A stretch of DNA of 36,063 nt, taken from Macrostomum lignano. Its lineage: Eukaryota. Shown piece by piece: positions 11,850 through 32,313 of the stretch; position 1 is the stretch's first letter, and every line of letters starts with the position of its first letter. Both the position numbers and the translations under genes were made by a program. A model generated the notes under the pieces. The model saw only the letters and a program-made list of their open reading frames with translations, was not told the origin of the DNA and ran no database searches. The stretch covers positions 1 through 36,063 of the forward strand of contig NIVC01004755.1 of assembly GCA_002269645.1 (NCBI GenBank). Direction: 5' to 3'.

Positions 11850-14119
11850 CAGGGGCGCGTCCAGAGTTTTCAGGATGGGGGGGCCCAGTTAAGGCCCAGT
11901 AAAAACTGAAGGGGCAATACCAACATCTTGAATTGAGTTTTTTAATTATTATAAAAGCTAATTTTTACCGAAAATTAAAAATTACATCCAAAAAAGATCT
12001 CGCAAAGAATGAATGCTATAGCTAAGTTGATTTAACTAACATTCTAAATGTTTTTTGCCCAAGAACACTTTTTAGGATTTGCAATTGGAAAATTTTTGAA
12101 TAGAAAGCTAAACACAAATTCATTGAACTTTACAGTTTACTTTTCCTGGCAGATTCTCATCAAAAAACTCTGTTGGTTCATTTAATTATTGGCTAATCTC
12201 TGCAAAGTATATATTTTTACTGAGAGGAGAGGGCAGAGAAGAAGGGGAGAGAGTAGGGAGGGATAAATAGGAGGAGAGAGTAGAGGTGAGAAGAGGGAGA
12301 GAATAGAGAGAAGAAATGAGAGAGGAGAGAGTAGATAGGATGAAGTAGATAGGATAAGGGATAAAGAGAGGAGACAGAAGAGAGTAGAGATGAGAGAAGA
12401 GAGAAAAGATGGGAGAAAGTAGAGAGCAGATAGAAGAGAGTAGAGATGAGAGAGGAGAGAGTAGATAGGAGAGAGTAGAAAGATGCGAGTGGAGAAGGGA
12501 GAGATTAGAAAGGGTGGAGATAAGCAAGCAGAGAGAAGAGAGAAGAGATGTTAAAAGGGATAGTACAGATTAGAGATCAGGGAGAGAGGAGATAAATAGG
12601 AGAGATGAGAAATGAGAGCAGAGAAGTAGAAAGAAGTGAGGAGAGAGAGAAGAGGAGGGAAGTTTTGAGAGATGGGAGAGTGAGAAGTGAGAAGAGGGGA
12701 GAGAGTGGAGAGCAGAGAGAAATGAGAAGAGAAAAGAGAGCAAGCAAAGATAAAAGAAGAAAAATGAGAGACGAAAGAGTAAAGTTAAGAGAAAAAGAGA
12801 TAAGGTGGTAGAGATGACAGAAGAAATGAGAAATGAGATATGAAAGAGAAGAGAGAGGAGAGTGGAGAGAGAAGAGAAGAGGCAAGAGAAGAGAAGAGAG
12901 GAGAAAGGAAAGAGAGGAGTCAAAGACGGGAAATAAAAGAGTACAGGGGAAAGACATGAGAGAACATATAAGAGATTAAAGTTGACAGAAGAGAGAGGGG
13001 AGAACAGAGAACAGAGACGAGAGTAAACAGACAAGAGATGGGAGAGTAGAGAGAACAGAGGACAGAGAAGAGATTATGGAGATGAGAGGAGAGAATAGGG
13101 AGAAGAAAAATGTGTAAGAGCAGAGAAGAGATACAAAGGGAGAAAGAAGTGGAGTAAAGAGAGAAGAGGGGAGAGAATTGACAACAGGGGAGAATGGGGA
13201 GAGGAAAGAAGAGAATGGAGAGGGGAGAAAGTAGAGGGAAGAGAGATGGGGAGTGGAGAGCAGAGAGATAAGTAAGAGGAGAGAGGAGAGAGGAAATAAG
13301 AGAGAAGATATGAGATGAGAGAGATGAGAGAGAAGAGAAGAGAGGAGAGAAGAGACAAGGGAAGAGACAAGAGTAGAGGGGAAAGAGGAGAGAGGAGAGC
13401 AGAGAGAAAAAAAGTGAGGAAAGAGGAGAGAGGAAAGAACAGGGAAGAGATGAGAAAAGACGTGAGAGAAGAGAGGTGGGGGAAGAGACAAAAGAAGAGG
13501 GGAGAGAGAAGAGAGGAAAGAGGAAAGAAGAGATGACAGGAGAGACGAAAGATGAGAGAAAAGAGAAGAAACAGAAGCAAAGATAGAAGTTTCAAAGGAT
13601 CCAAGGGACGTACATGTAGAGAGAGGCAGAGGCAGAGGTCAGAGTTTTCCTGACTTTTCCAATACATACATGTTTTAGATCAACATTGCCTGATATTCTG
13701 CACAGCATCCTAGCCAACGAGATCAATGCTTGCCTCAAATCTTAATTTTACATGAATTTACTCTATTTTATGTTCATCTCCATCCTAACTATTAACAAGT
13801 TTTTGTTTGAGTATGACTTCAAATTCTAGAATGTGCGAAAATAATTCCCGGGATTGGAATTCCACGGGTTCAAGATCCACAGGTTTCAACAGCTTACAAG
13901 TGCTCATATAAAAACTATTGTTTCTAAAATTAAAATTGCAAAAAAGAAAAAAATGGGTTTTTCAAACTATTTTTTGGAAAATTCAAAGTGAAAAAAAACT
14001 GAAAGTGGGGGTGGGCCATAGGGGGGCCTGTGGCTTAATTGGGGGGGGGCACAAGGGGGGCCCGTGGCTTAATTGGGGGGGCCCAGGCCCCCCCTAGCCC
14101 CCCCTTGGACGCGCCACTG
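11850..14119. mobile_element. Non-autonomous hAT-type DNA transposon carrying a purine-rich tract
   Basis: 14-bp TIRs CAGGGGCGCGTCCA / CAGTGGCGCGTCCA. 8-bp TSD CTCTGCAG at 11842-11849 and 14120-14127. G/C-rich subterminal repeats. Confidence 0.88.
12223..13640 (+). repeat. ~1.4-kb polypurine (GA-rich) low-complexity tract
   Basis: The + strand is overwhelmingly A/G with no regular period. Confidence 0.95.
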
Positions 14120-14832
14120 CTCTGCAGGGCACATGGCGCATGGCGCTGAAAAAATATATGGTTACACTTCATTATACTTTGCAAAATATATAGTGTTAGG
14201 CCTAATTCCATAATTTGTAAAATAAAATGTTATACTATCAAAGAGTACTAAAATTACGTAAATCATGATATAAAATATGTAAATGAAATTCAAATTGGTC
14301 TACCATAAATTCAAATTTGTTTACCAATGAATTATTAATTACCTTACCTTACCTTACCTTACCTTAGACTTATCTTATCATGGTGCGCTATGGTGCACAA
14401 AATATTTTCTTCACGGTGCACGGTGCACAGTGTTCAAAAGCCATCAAAATAGTTCCGGCACACACTGTGCCACTTTCCCAACTATGGGCTTTAGCCATGT
14501 TTAGGCCTAGTTTTAGAATTATAGGCCTAGTTTTAATTTTCTAAGTGTTTCACTGTTAGGCATGTCGTAGGGCTCTTAATTATTCCTTTTGCTAGCCTTA
14601 CTAGCTGCCACCAAAGTTGTTACAGGTGTATTTCCTGTGCACTGAGAATGCCACCAAATTGTAACAGGGGTGATTCTTTCTTCTTAATCTTAAAATTTCA
14701 CACTGTCACCAAAAGCTATCACAGAGCTAATTTACTAATCTCTTAAGTTGGTAGCTGCCACCAGGATTATCCTATTAATAAATTGTGAGTTTATCAATCT
14801 TAGAATAATCCGAGAAATGTTTCTTAGAATAG

Positions 14833-14934
14833 GTCTGGGTATTTAGTCTGAGTATTTAGTCTGAGTATTTAGTCTGAGTATTAAGTCTGAGTATTTAGTC
14901 TGAGTATTTAGTCTGAGTATTTAGTCTGAGTATT
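14833..14934. repeat. 13-bp tandem repeat TATTTAGTCTGAG (~7x)
   Basis: Seen directly. Confidence 0.92.
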
Positions 14935-15758
14935 ATTCTTAGAAAAACTGTTAGCCCTGAAAGGTGTACTCTTCTGATTATTCTGGTAGCGTTCTATTAT
15001 TCTGGTAGCGTTCTACTTAATAATGGCCTGAGCGGTGTTTTGGCTTACTGATATATGTATTTCATGTACTTTGCAAGTCCTTGGGCGTTACCGAGATCAG
15101 AGGGTCACAGCCTCCAGTTATTCTTACACATATTACTTCAGATCTACTTCGCAACTTCTTACTACTCAACACTTTCCTTCTCAGTAGTATATACGGTACA
15201 CACCTCCGTCTACTTCACTCTTACTTCTTAAAGGAATGAATACAGAAAACACTTCTTCAATTCTTATTTTCTCGGAACTCTTCTATTTGCTATCAAATGC
15301 TTATTGCGAACCGCAATGCGCAAGGTTGGTCTTTCTTCCGCCGAAAACGCTTCTATTTATACTAAAATTTGCTACAGTTTTAAACAAAAATTCGTTAGTG
15401 CAAAATATTATAGAAAATACGAGTATTAAAACAAAATATGTTTCTTAGTTTTGGCGTGAATTCAAATTGACTAAATGGTGACTATTTTATAAAGAAATCG
15501 GGAGGGGCCCTGCACAGGCATTGATACTCTAAAATGTATCAACCTAAAGTGATATTCTGAATCCAATAGGGCCTATCAATGCTCAAAATAGTATTGCCAA
15601 AAATTGATAGTCCAATACCAAAATTTGAATATTGCCAATACCTTAATCCTATATTAGCAATACTCGTTTTTCTTAAATTTTATACTTTTTAACTGATAGC
15701 CCATATGTAAAAACAAAAAATACTAATTTTTGGCTTTGCTAGGCCTTATTCACTATTG

Positions 15759-16545
15759 GGCTCATTCCATATAAGATGGACATATTTGGAAAATAGAAAA
15801 AAAGTCAATATTTTTGCTTGCCATTGCCTAATTAGCCTATTTTTTTACCAAATGTTTATATTGTGCAATATATACAATCTAAGAATAAAGGAATGGTAAA
15901 ATGTTGGATTAGTATGTTATCAATTGGCAAAAAGTCATTTTTGTAAAAATTTGGACATTTTTCGAAGCAAAAGACATCATTAAGATTTTGTACCTTTTAA
16001 AAACAAATAGAAAGCTTTTGAAGGTTGAAACAAACTATAGATAAAAGTATAGTACTTGCATCATCAGATAAAAGCATTGGTGACCAAATAATCTATTATA
16101 TTTTTTATGTATTAGTACCTCAAAGTTACTGAATTGACAGAAAAAAATATGTTACGACCATAATGTTACGACCATAAGGCTGCCTTTTCTTTTGTATCTT
16201 TGTTGCCTTTTGAGTTTATATATTCTAATAAAAGAGTATGATTTCTAAAGATGTTCTTAGTCAAATTTTAAAAATGTATTGCAAAATATCAAAAATGAAA
16301 AATGTTATAAGACTTTTACCTTTTAGTTTCTATATGTCAAAAATCCTGTCGTTACGACCATAAGTGTCATTTAAGGTTTAATAGCATCTATACTAATGAT
16401 GATATCTATATGAAACTCTATAAATATATTCTAGACAAAATAATCTTTCATTTAAAATATTGGTTTATTATATTCTATTATTAGATTTCATTTTATAAGT
16501 AAAAATAACCTGTCATGTTACGACCATGCTTATATGGAATGAGCC
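15759..16545. mobile_element. AT-rich MITE/non-autonomous DNA transposon, superfamily unassigned
   Basis: Perfect 17-bp TIR GGCTCATTCCATATAAG. 4-bp direct repeat ATTG at 15755-15758 and 16546-16549. Internal GTTACGACCAT motif occurs 4 times. Confidence 0.85.
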
Positions 16546-17888
16546 ATTGGCATTTTCAAGAAAGGTCACAGTTAGTAGGCCTAGGCTTATATTATTATAA
16601 TCATGTAAACTATAATTAAACTCATTTAGAAAATAATAATTTTGTACTTTTAACTAGTTATTGTAGTCTAGTTCAATTAGTTGCTGTTTGCTGTTTTCAA
16701 TATTATTGTGTATTAATTATTTTGTTTATTCATAGTATATTAAATTTTTTAGTCTTACATATGTTACAAGGGTAACTGTTTTGTTTTCTAAAAACAAGAA
16801 TCCCACTGCTTTTACCACAGTTGTTACAGGCATGTTTTCTATGCTATAAAATCTCATAAACTACCACCAAGTTATTGCAGGATTTCTCTCTATTACTACT
16901 TAAACTTATAGAGCCTGATACCAAGTTGTACTAGGGGTGGTTGCTCTCTCTTGACAATCTCACTGTTATGCCACCAAAGTTGTTACAGGGCTAATACCTA
17001 TGTTTTCCTATTGACAGTTCACTTTTGCATGTACTTTTACTTATTGGTAGCATACCTACTTCTCTATCTACTTTTATATTGGTAGCATCTACTTATCTTA
17101 TTAGTAGTGTCTGTACATGTATTGTACTTTCTGGCCTGAGTGGTCTAATGGCACTGTTTACTCTATTTACTCCTATAAGTTTTCTCCTAGCCCTGGGCAT
17201 TCCCTGGATCAGACGGTCAGCCTTATGCGTTTTTTTCTGCCCTGAGGCACTTTTCCTGCCCTGAGGAAATCTTCATGCCCTGAAGAGGTTATGCACCCTA
17301 TAGGGTTATTGCCCTAAGGTGATTCTCACTCTTTAGTAATTCTAATTCTCCCATTCCCAATAAAGGGCTTAATACTCTAGGAAATAAACAAGTCAATTTG
17401 AATAATGTATGATTATCAAGAGGTCACGATTCACACACAACTGCCATAGCATCGAGGCCAGTAGGCCAAGATGCAGTAAAGCAGTTGTGTATGAGGCCTG
17501 AACTCTCAATAGTAGAATTGTGTCTAGTTTCGTCCAAAAACCAATTCAAAATGGCTAGGACACAACTTTCCAGATGGGAATTGTTCACCAAGTGATTCTA
17601 GGGATTTGTGTCATAGGCATTTTCCACTTGGTGCAAGCCAAATGATGGCCATAGACTAAATGTCTGGAATAAAAAGTTAAGCGGAACAGTCTGAAATTAC
17701 CATAGACAAAACATGTTAAATGAAGTTGTGGTCTTATAAGCTGGAACTCTGCAGCAGAGGATACATGTTTCTGTTTCTTCTGTTTGCCCTAACCTCTATT
17801 CATGCCACTCATATGAATGATAAATTGGTCGAATTTGCTGATTGAAAGCATTGACAGCTTGAATGGAAATGAGGTCAACTTTCTCAGC

Positions 17889-17954
17889 GACTTGAGTATG
17901 GGTGGACGTGACTTGAGTATAGGTGGACGTGACTTGAGGATAGGTGGACGTGAC
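17889..17954. repeat. 21-bp tandem repeat GACTTGAGTATAGGTGGACGT (3x)
   Basis: Seen directly. Confidence 0.85.
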
Positions 17955-18785
17955 AAGGCGGATGACAAAGAGTTGATGGAGTTGATCCGATTCATTGAAT
18001 GCGGTAATGATGATGCTCTGCCACCACTGCCAAGCAAAGAAGAGGCTTGCCCCAAGGATCCCATGTGGAACAAACCATGCAATGCGGCCGATGTGAGTGT
18101 AATTATTGTTGATTCTAGCTCTACTCATCAATTATTGTGGAACAATTGGTCCACATTTCATTATGCCCACGTTATGGCCGTTTTTGTACATGTATATAAT
18201 CTGTTTATTCAGCTTTGTTGTATTGAATAAAAAATATCCCCGCAAATGCATTGATATAGGAATATACAGACTGCTTATCTGCAAATGGGTATATCCAAAT
18301 ATAACCCATTGGGAATATCCAAAGATGGGAGGTGGCTTGACCATAGACTATTCGCAGATAAGCAATCTGTTGTATTCCTGTTTCGATGCCTGAAAGGCGC
18401 GCAAAAATTTACTTAGTTCACAATTTCCGTAGACAATCATTTATGGCCCAAATGAAACTAGACACAATTGCCTTTTTTAAAGCTTTAGGAAGGACTTATC
18501 AAACTTTGCTCGCAGTTGAAAGCTTGTGGCAAGTTGCTTCTCTTATCACACTAAGGGCTTCTATTTCTACTAGAATTTTCAACATGTTTTTAACAAAAGC
18601 TAATATTTTTAAGAATAACAACATCTAAACAAAAGTAAGAATAATTTCTTTTTCATGTAAATTTAACTGTGTGCATTTCTAAGAAAATGTAGAGTATTAT
18701 TTTTGCATAAAAATAGGCTATTATTTCAGGCACTATCTCACATACATATCTACAACCCCCTTGATTTACACTGGCCATACTTTTT

Positions 18786-19152
18786 AACTTACCTGTGAAA
18801 GAAACCCTTAAGCAAAATTAATGCAATTTTGGATAAATAGAAGGAATAACTATGATTGTTTTTAAGGTTAAATGCCTCATCATCTAATTAGAACAATGTC
18901 TATTCTTTTGGGTGTGCATTTTCATACATGCGCAACTGCTAGCCAACTTGGCTGATCTGGCCACTGTAAATTGTGGTGGACTAAGGGTAAGTTGCAAAAA
19001 TTCCCACCCCAAAGAATTCAGACATAGTACTAATTAGATGACGAGGTATTTAGCATCATCTAATTTAGCCCTTGTAAGACAATTATAGTTACTCCTGCCA
19101 TTTACCCAACATTGCATTGATTTTGCTTAAGGGTTTCTTTCACAGGTAAGTT
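18786..19152. mobile_element. Foldback/MITE-like element with ~115-130 bp imperfect inverted arms
   Basis: 18786-18900 is the approximate reverse complement of 19021-19152 (outer ends AACTTACCTGTGAAAGAAACCCTTAAGCAAAA). TSD unclear. Confidence 0.75.
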
Positions 19153-20168
19153 GCATTTCTAGTCAAAAAGTAAGTTGCATGGGCAGTGCAAATCAGGGGT
19201 TTGCACATTTATGTGCATTTGTATGACATCTCTGGTCTATCATAATTTATTGTGGCTAAATTGGCCAGGTCAGCTAGCAATTGCATATGTATACTTACAT
19301 ATACAAGGACAACTCAATACTTGGGATGTGATACTACAAAAGTTGGAGGCCATTCTATCTATAACTAGGTCCTTGAAAAGCATTACTTTGATAGGCTTTA
19401 CCTTCTAGTCAATGAGTTTGTATCTGTGGTAAAAACCTATCCAAAGATATACATATCCACATTTTAAACACTAAATACAAAAAATAATATTATTTTATAA
19501 GAAAGTATTGGACTACATATTATAATATAATAGACTTAAAAAAGTATCATGTAGTACTATGGTCCAATATTGCTAAAAAAGTATTGAGATGTAATACGCA
19601 ATAGCCAAATGGTATTGTTGGTACTATCAAAGTTAGTATCAACAACACTAGACTTCTTGAACTTTAGGTACATAAAATACTTCCAATTTTCCAATTTTTC
19701 TAAAACTTTTGCCAGAGTCTTAAAGGCTGTCCAAAATGATAATAAATAAATAAACTGCAAAAAATTACCCTCAGAGGTAACAGGAGCCCAATTTATTAAT
19801 CTCCTATGTAACTAGTGATAATGAGGTCGGGGGTTTTCAACTACGTTGTTGGTTGAGATTTAATTTGTTTGGCTCAGCAGTTAAAATCGGTGCAGCTTCT
19901 ACGATTCAAACAAACTTAAGCAAAGATCTCAGCTTGCAGATGACAGGGAGCTCCGGCTGCTGAGTTCCTTGGGCTCAGGGGGAGGGTAGCTGTGGTTGCA
20001 GCTGAGTGGTCTAGTTTTGCCAACATCCAGAATGCTAAATGCAGAAATTTATAGCCAAAATGGGGGAAAACTTCAAAATAAGCTAAGTTTGTCAATATTT
20101 TTGCTGATAGTAGTAGTTTGCTGCCACCACTGCAGTTATACACAGGAAAAGCTCTTTAGAGCTCTAAA

Positions 20169-20195
20169 CTAACCCCTAACCCTAACCCTAACCCT
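20169..20195. repeat. Short interstitial telomere-type repeat (CCCTAA)~4
   Basis: CTAACCCCTAACCCTAACCCTAACCCT. Confidence 0.7.
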
Positions 20196-21779
20196 ATTTA
20201 TTCTGATTATACCTTATTACCCCTTGGCTTTGCCTCGATGCAAACTATTTTAAGGAATTTCTAAGCTTTTGAATTTTTAAATCCTATACTAAACTATTAG
20301 CTATTTAGATATTATTATGCTTAGTTTAGTTTATTTAGGTAAAATATTTTATATACTAGGCCTATTTGTTAAATTTGATAGCCTTTTAAAGTATATGTTT
20401 AACTGATTATAATAAGCTATTTATTAAAGCAGCATATAAAGTAATGATATATATATAAAAAAATTTTTTCAAATGTGTCTGAAATATTTAGTAATATTCT
20501 TTCTAGCAAGTGAATTTGAAAACCCAAATTAAAAGAATTATTATCTATTTATTAGCAGGAATAATCTAGAATGAGTAATCCACAAAACCACCGTAAGTTA
20601 AAATACTTAAAGCTTAAAAATGTGTTCTATAGAGATTTACAAAATTGAGTTAACTATACATAATAAGAAAAATCAAAGCAAAGATGTAAATTTAAAGCCA
20701 AAATTCAATATCAACTATAGGCTTCTGAGTTCTAAGTACTAAAATTAATGAAAAATCAAAACTGTACAATTGACCATAGCGTAGAAAATCACCTGAAACA
20801 AATCAGTTTTTTACTTAATTTACTAGTATAATGGCCATGGGGTATAACAAATATTATTTGTTCACAGCAATAAAAATGTTACAGGTGAAACAATTGATTC
20901 TATACAGTAGACATATTTAGTTATCTGAGTGCATGAAATTTTGTTAATAAAATGAAATGTTTGAATAGATCAAACTAAGAATTAACAATAATAAAACAGA
21001 TTGAGAGCTGAGCTCAGCATCAAGCTCAAATTGAAGGCTTAAAGCCATTGTACAATAGAAAATAACATGTTAAAATAATTTTCCTAATGTATCTATCCCC
21101 AAAAGCATTGATTGCTACATGTTAAAATTATTCATATCAAAAGCAGAATACTGAAATGTATTCTTTGTAATCCTAGCATACTTTTATCTTAGCCAAACTT
21201 AAGTTGCAAATTGCATTTAAAGTGTATATTTAATATGACCTGTTATGTTAGGAGAATGATAGCAAAAACAAACATTTGCATGTTTTCTTTCTTTACTGAT
21301 ATCAAATACAATTTTATTCATGTTTGCGCAACATGTTTTACCAAACAATTGGCATCTTCAGCCAATTATACAGAAATTTGGTAAATGTTTTAAGTCTAGT
21401 GAGCTAATATGATGCAAATAAAGCATGTGTAGGTAGCAAAGTTATATGGCAAAGTTTGAAAGGCAAGCACATAGGTCAGAACACCCTTGAATGGACACAC
21501 CCTTCTACAACCAAGTTGGATGTTCATGGTGGGCTTTTGCTTTTATTCTCCCAACTTTCCTTAAACGATGTACCCTACTTCGACTCTGTTATGTGATTTT
21601 GTTTTATTTATTTCATTTGTTATATTTATTTATTTGTTTTATTAAGGCATATATGTAGACAGCCAAGTTATTGAGTATTATTTCAGTGCATCTAATGTGC
21701 CATTGCTACTTTTACAATAGTGAAGAATTCTGTATTTGTTTTTGATTAATGATCAAAACCTTGATATAATATCAGGAGC

Positions 21780-22165
21780 CAGGGTTTTTTTTCGTCCATA
21801 ACTTGGGTGCGATTTTGCATCCTGTGCTAGATTTCAGGGTGCGATTTTTAAGACCAGGGTGCTATTCGCACCCATTCGCACAAAAAACCCAGAATACTAT
21901 TCAGTATTCAATTCATCAGGTTCTGCTTACCAAAATTTAATCGACAGTTGACAATACCTTAAACTACATTAATTAAGGATTCAAAAAATTACTGGCTAAT
22001 TCTAAGAACACGAAGCTTCCATAGACGTCCATAACACTAAATTGTGAAATCCGCTTCACATCCTTGCAAAAAATTCTGGTGCGCTTTTCGCACCCTGAGT
22101 CAAATTTCAGGGTGCGATTTTTAAGACCAGGATGCTATTCGCACCCATTCGCACAAAAAACCCAG
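21780..22165. mobile_element. hAT-type MITE with an internally duplicated right end
   Basis: TIR CAGGGTTTTTT / CTGGGTTTTTT. 8-bp TSD TCAGGAGC at 21772-21779 and 22166-22173. 21831-21892 matches 22104-22165 at 61/62. Confidence 0.85.
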
Positions 22166-22363
22166 TCAGGAGCAGTCTGATATAAGGCTTATATGTAACA
22201 ATGAAATGCTTTGAAAAGCAGCATTATCTGAGTAATTGTACACTGCAACTTACATGCTAACAGCACAAATACTCAATCCCATGCTTCCCAATGAAATGCA
22301 ATAGCAGCTTGCACTGACTGCAAAGCGAATATTTTCTGAGCCAGTTAGCCTCGCCTGCTCGCC

Positions 22364-29563
<7,200 letters not shown>

Positions 29564-29779
29564 AGCTGGCAGAGACATGAGCAAATTTGTCCCACTTGTT
29601 TTTGGTTCGTTTTTTATTGCGGTTTGAGTTTTGTTTTTTTGCCTTCAACTGCTATGGACAGAGACGCAATAGCTGGGTAGTTGATTTTCTATTCCTTGTA
29701 ATTAGTTCTGGCGTTTCGGCGCTGCACCGCCCCGCATTCCGCCGCTTATTTCCATCTCCGTGCGCACTTTTATTAGCTA

Positions 29780-29785
29780 AATAAA
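29780..29785 (+). terminator. Probable polyadenylation signal of the PPP1R16-like gene
   Basis: AATAAA ~217 nt after the stop codon. Confidence 0.45.
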
Positions 29786-30829
29786 GCCGCTCCTTTTTGG
29801 GGAATTCCGCGCCAGCGCCAACCCTAAGCGCTTCCCGCGATGGCGCGCGTCCGGCTTCCGTTCATGCCTGGGTAGCAATAGTAATAATGCTTGCCTTACC
29901 CACTAATTAAAGCTCCAGTTAACCCTCTTCCCCGCATCCTTGCTTTTGTCATTTTTTTGCTTAATAGGCCCGTCTGTATCATTTCCAATAGGCAACTACA
30001 AGAGCTCAAGCCAGAATTACTACTTGTTTGTCCGCTTTCCAGTAGTGACCTCAGCTCGCTGGCTGTCCTGCCGCAAATTTCAGCCTCTGCTCCCCCATGT
30101 TATTAAAGCCCTGTGCCCAATATCAGCAGCTCTGATTGCCGCAGACTGCGCTAATCCTCCCAGGTTGTCACGGTGCGGATTGCGTAACCTTTACATGTTT
30201 TTAATCGCCTAACTGACGCTATGGACTTCTTATGTTTTTAGCCTTCTTACAGTACAGTCTGATGCGGCTGATGCTGCATGTCTCTGGCCGGGCGATAGAC
30301 CGGGGATTTTAGCCACTTTTTCCACCGCGGCACCAGCCTTTTTAATTAACAAATTATATTTATCTGTATTTATACTGCTATCAACTATTGTGTGCTTGTG
30401 TAAGCCTTTAGCACAAATATTCTGATTAACAATATATATTATTGACTGCGCAAAATCTTGATGCCTGCATGGAGAATACAAATATAATTCCTATTAATTA
30501 CACAATTGTTCACTTTGATTTAACAAGCAGTTAGAGGCTTAGGGCAGTTTTTAGCTTGAAATTATCAGACTACTCAGAGTAGTTCGGGTTATTCAGGGGA
30601 CACCGCTATCACCCAAACCCTTAGCTATGTACGGTAGGTATGTTCGCTATATATTATATGTACTTACAAACTTAGTACATATAATAATATCTACGTTTAG
30701 TAATGTAAATTTAATGTAAATTAGGCTTTAATTTCTGGCCTAATTTTATCTATTTTTCATCCGCTACTTTGTTCGATGTTTAATGTTTAATTGTAAACAT
30801 TTAAGCACTCGTTCCTTTTCATTTTGCAG

Positions 30830-32313
<1,484 letters not shown>

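Larger units (their letters stand above)
11739..14488. mobile_element. Outer non-autonomous TIR element (~470 bp without its insert), interrupted by a hAT-type element
   Basis: 21-bp TIRs CCCATAGCTGAGAAGGTGGCA vs CCCATAGTTGGGAAAGTGGCA (18/21). Direct repeat CTTTAG at 11733-11738 and 14489-14494. Confidence 0.75.

Noticed and set aside
12186-13667. Leu/Ser/Phe-rich minus-strand ORFs resembling membrane proteins
   Set aside because: Artefact of the polypyrimidine strand, which rarely contains stop codons
15257-15350. Minus-strand peptide FSAEERPTLRIAVRNKHLIANRRVPRK*ELKKC, vaguely like a TE-associated helical motif
   Set aside because: Too short, contains a stop, and has no supporting context
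17400-18230. 137-aa ORF and neighbouring coding-looking sequence
   Set aside because: No recognisable domain; partly a 21-bp repeat; possibly a decayed TE but unsupported
29839-29872. ATG-containing segment as NKAP first coding exon
   Set aside because: Its best donor (GG|GTAGCA) is phase 2, whereas the NKAP exon needs phase 0, and no bridging exon was found
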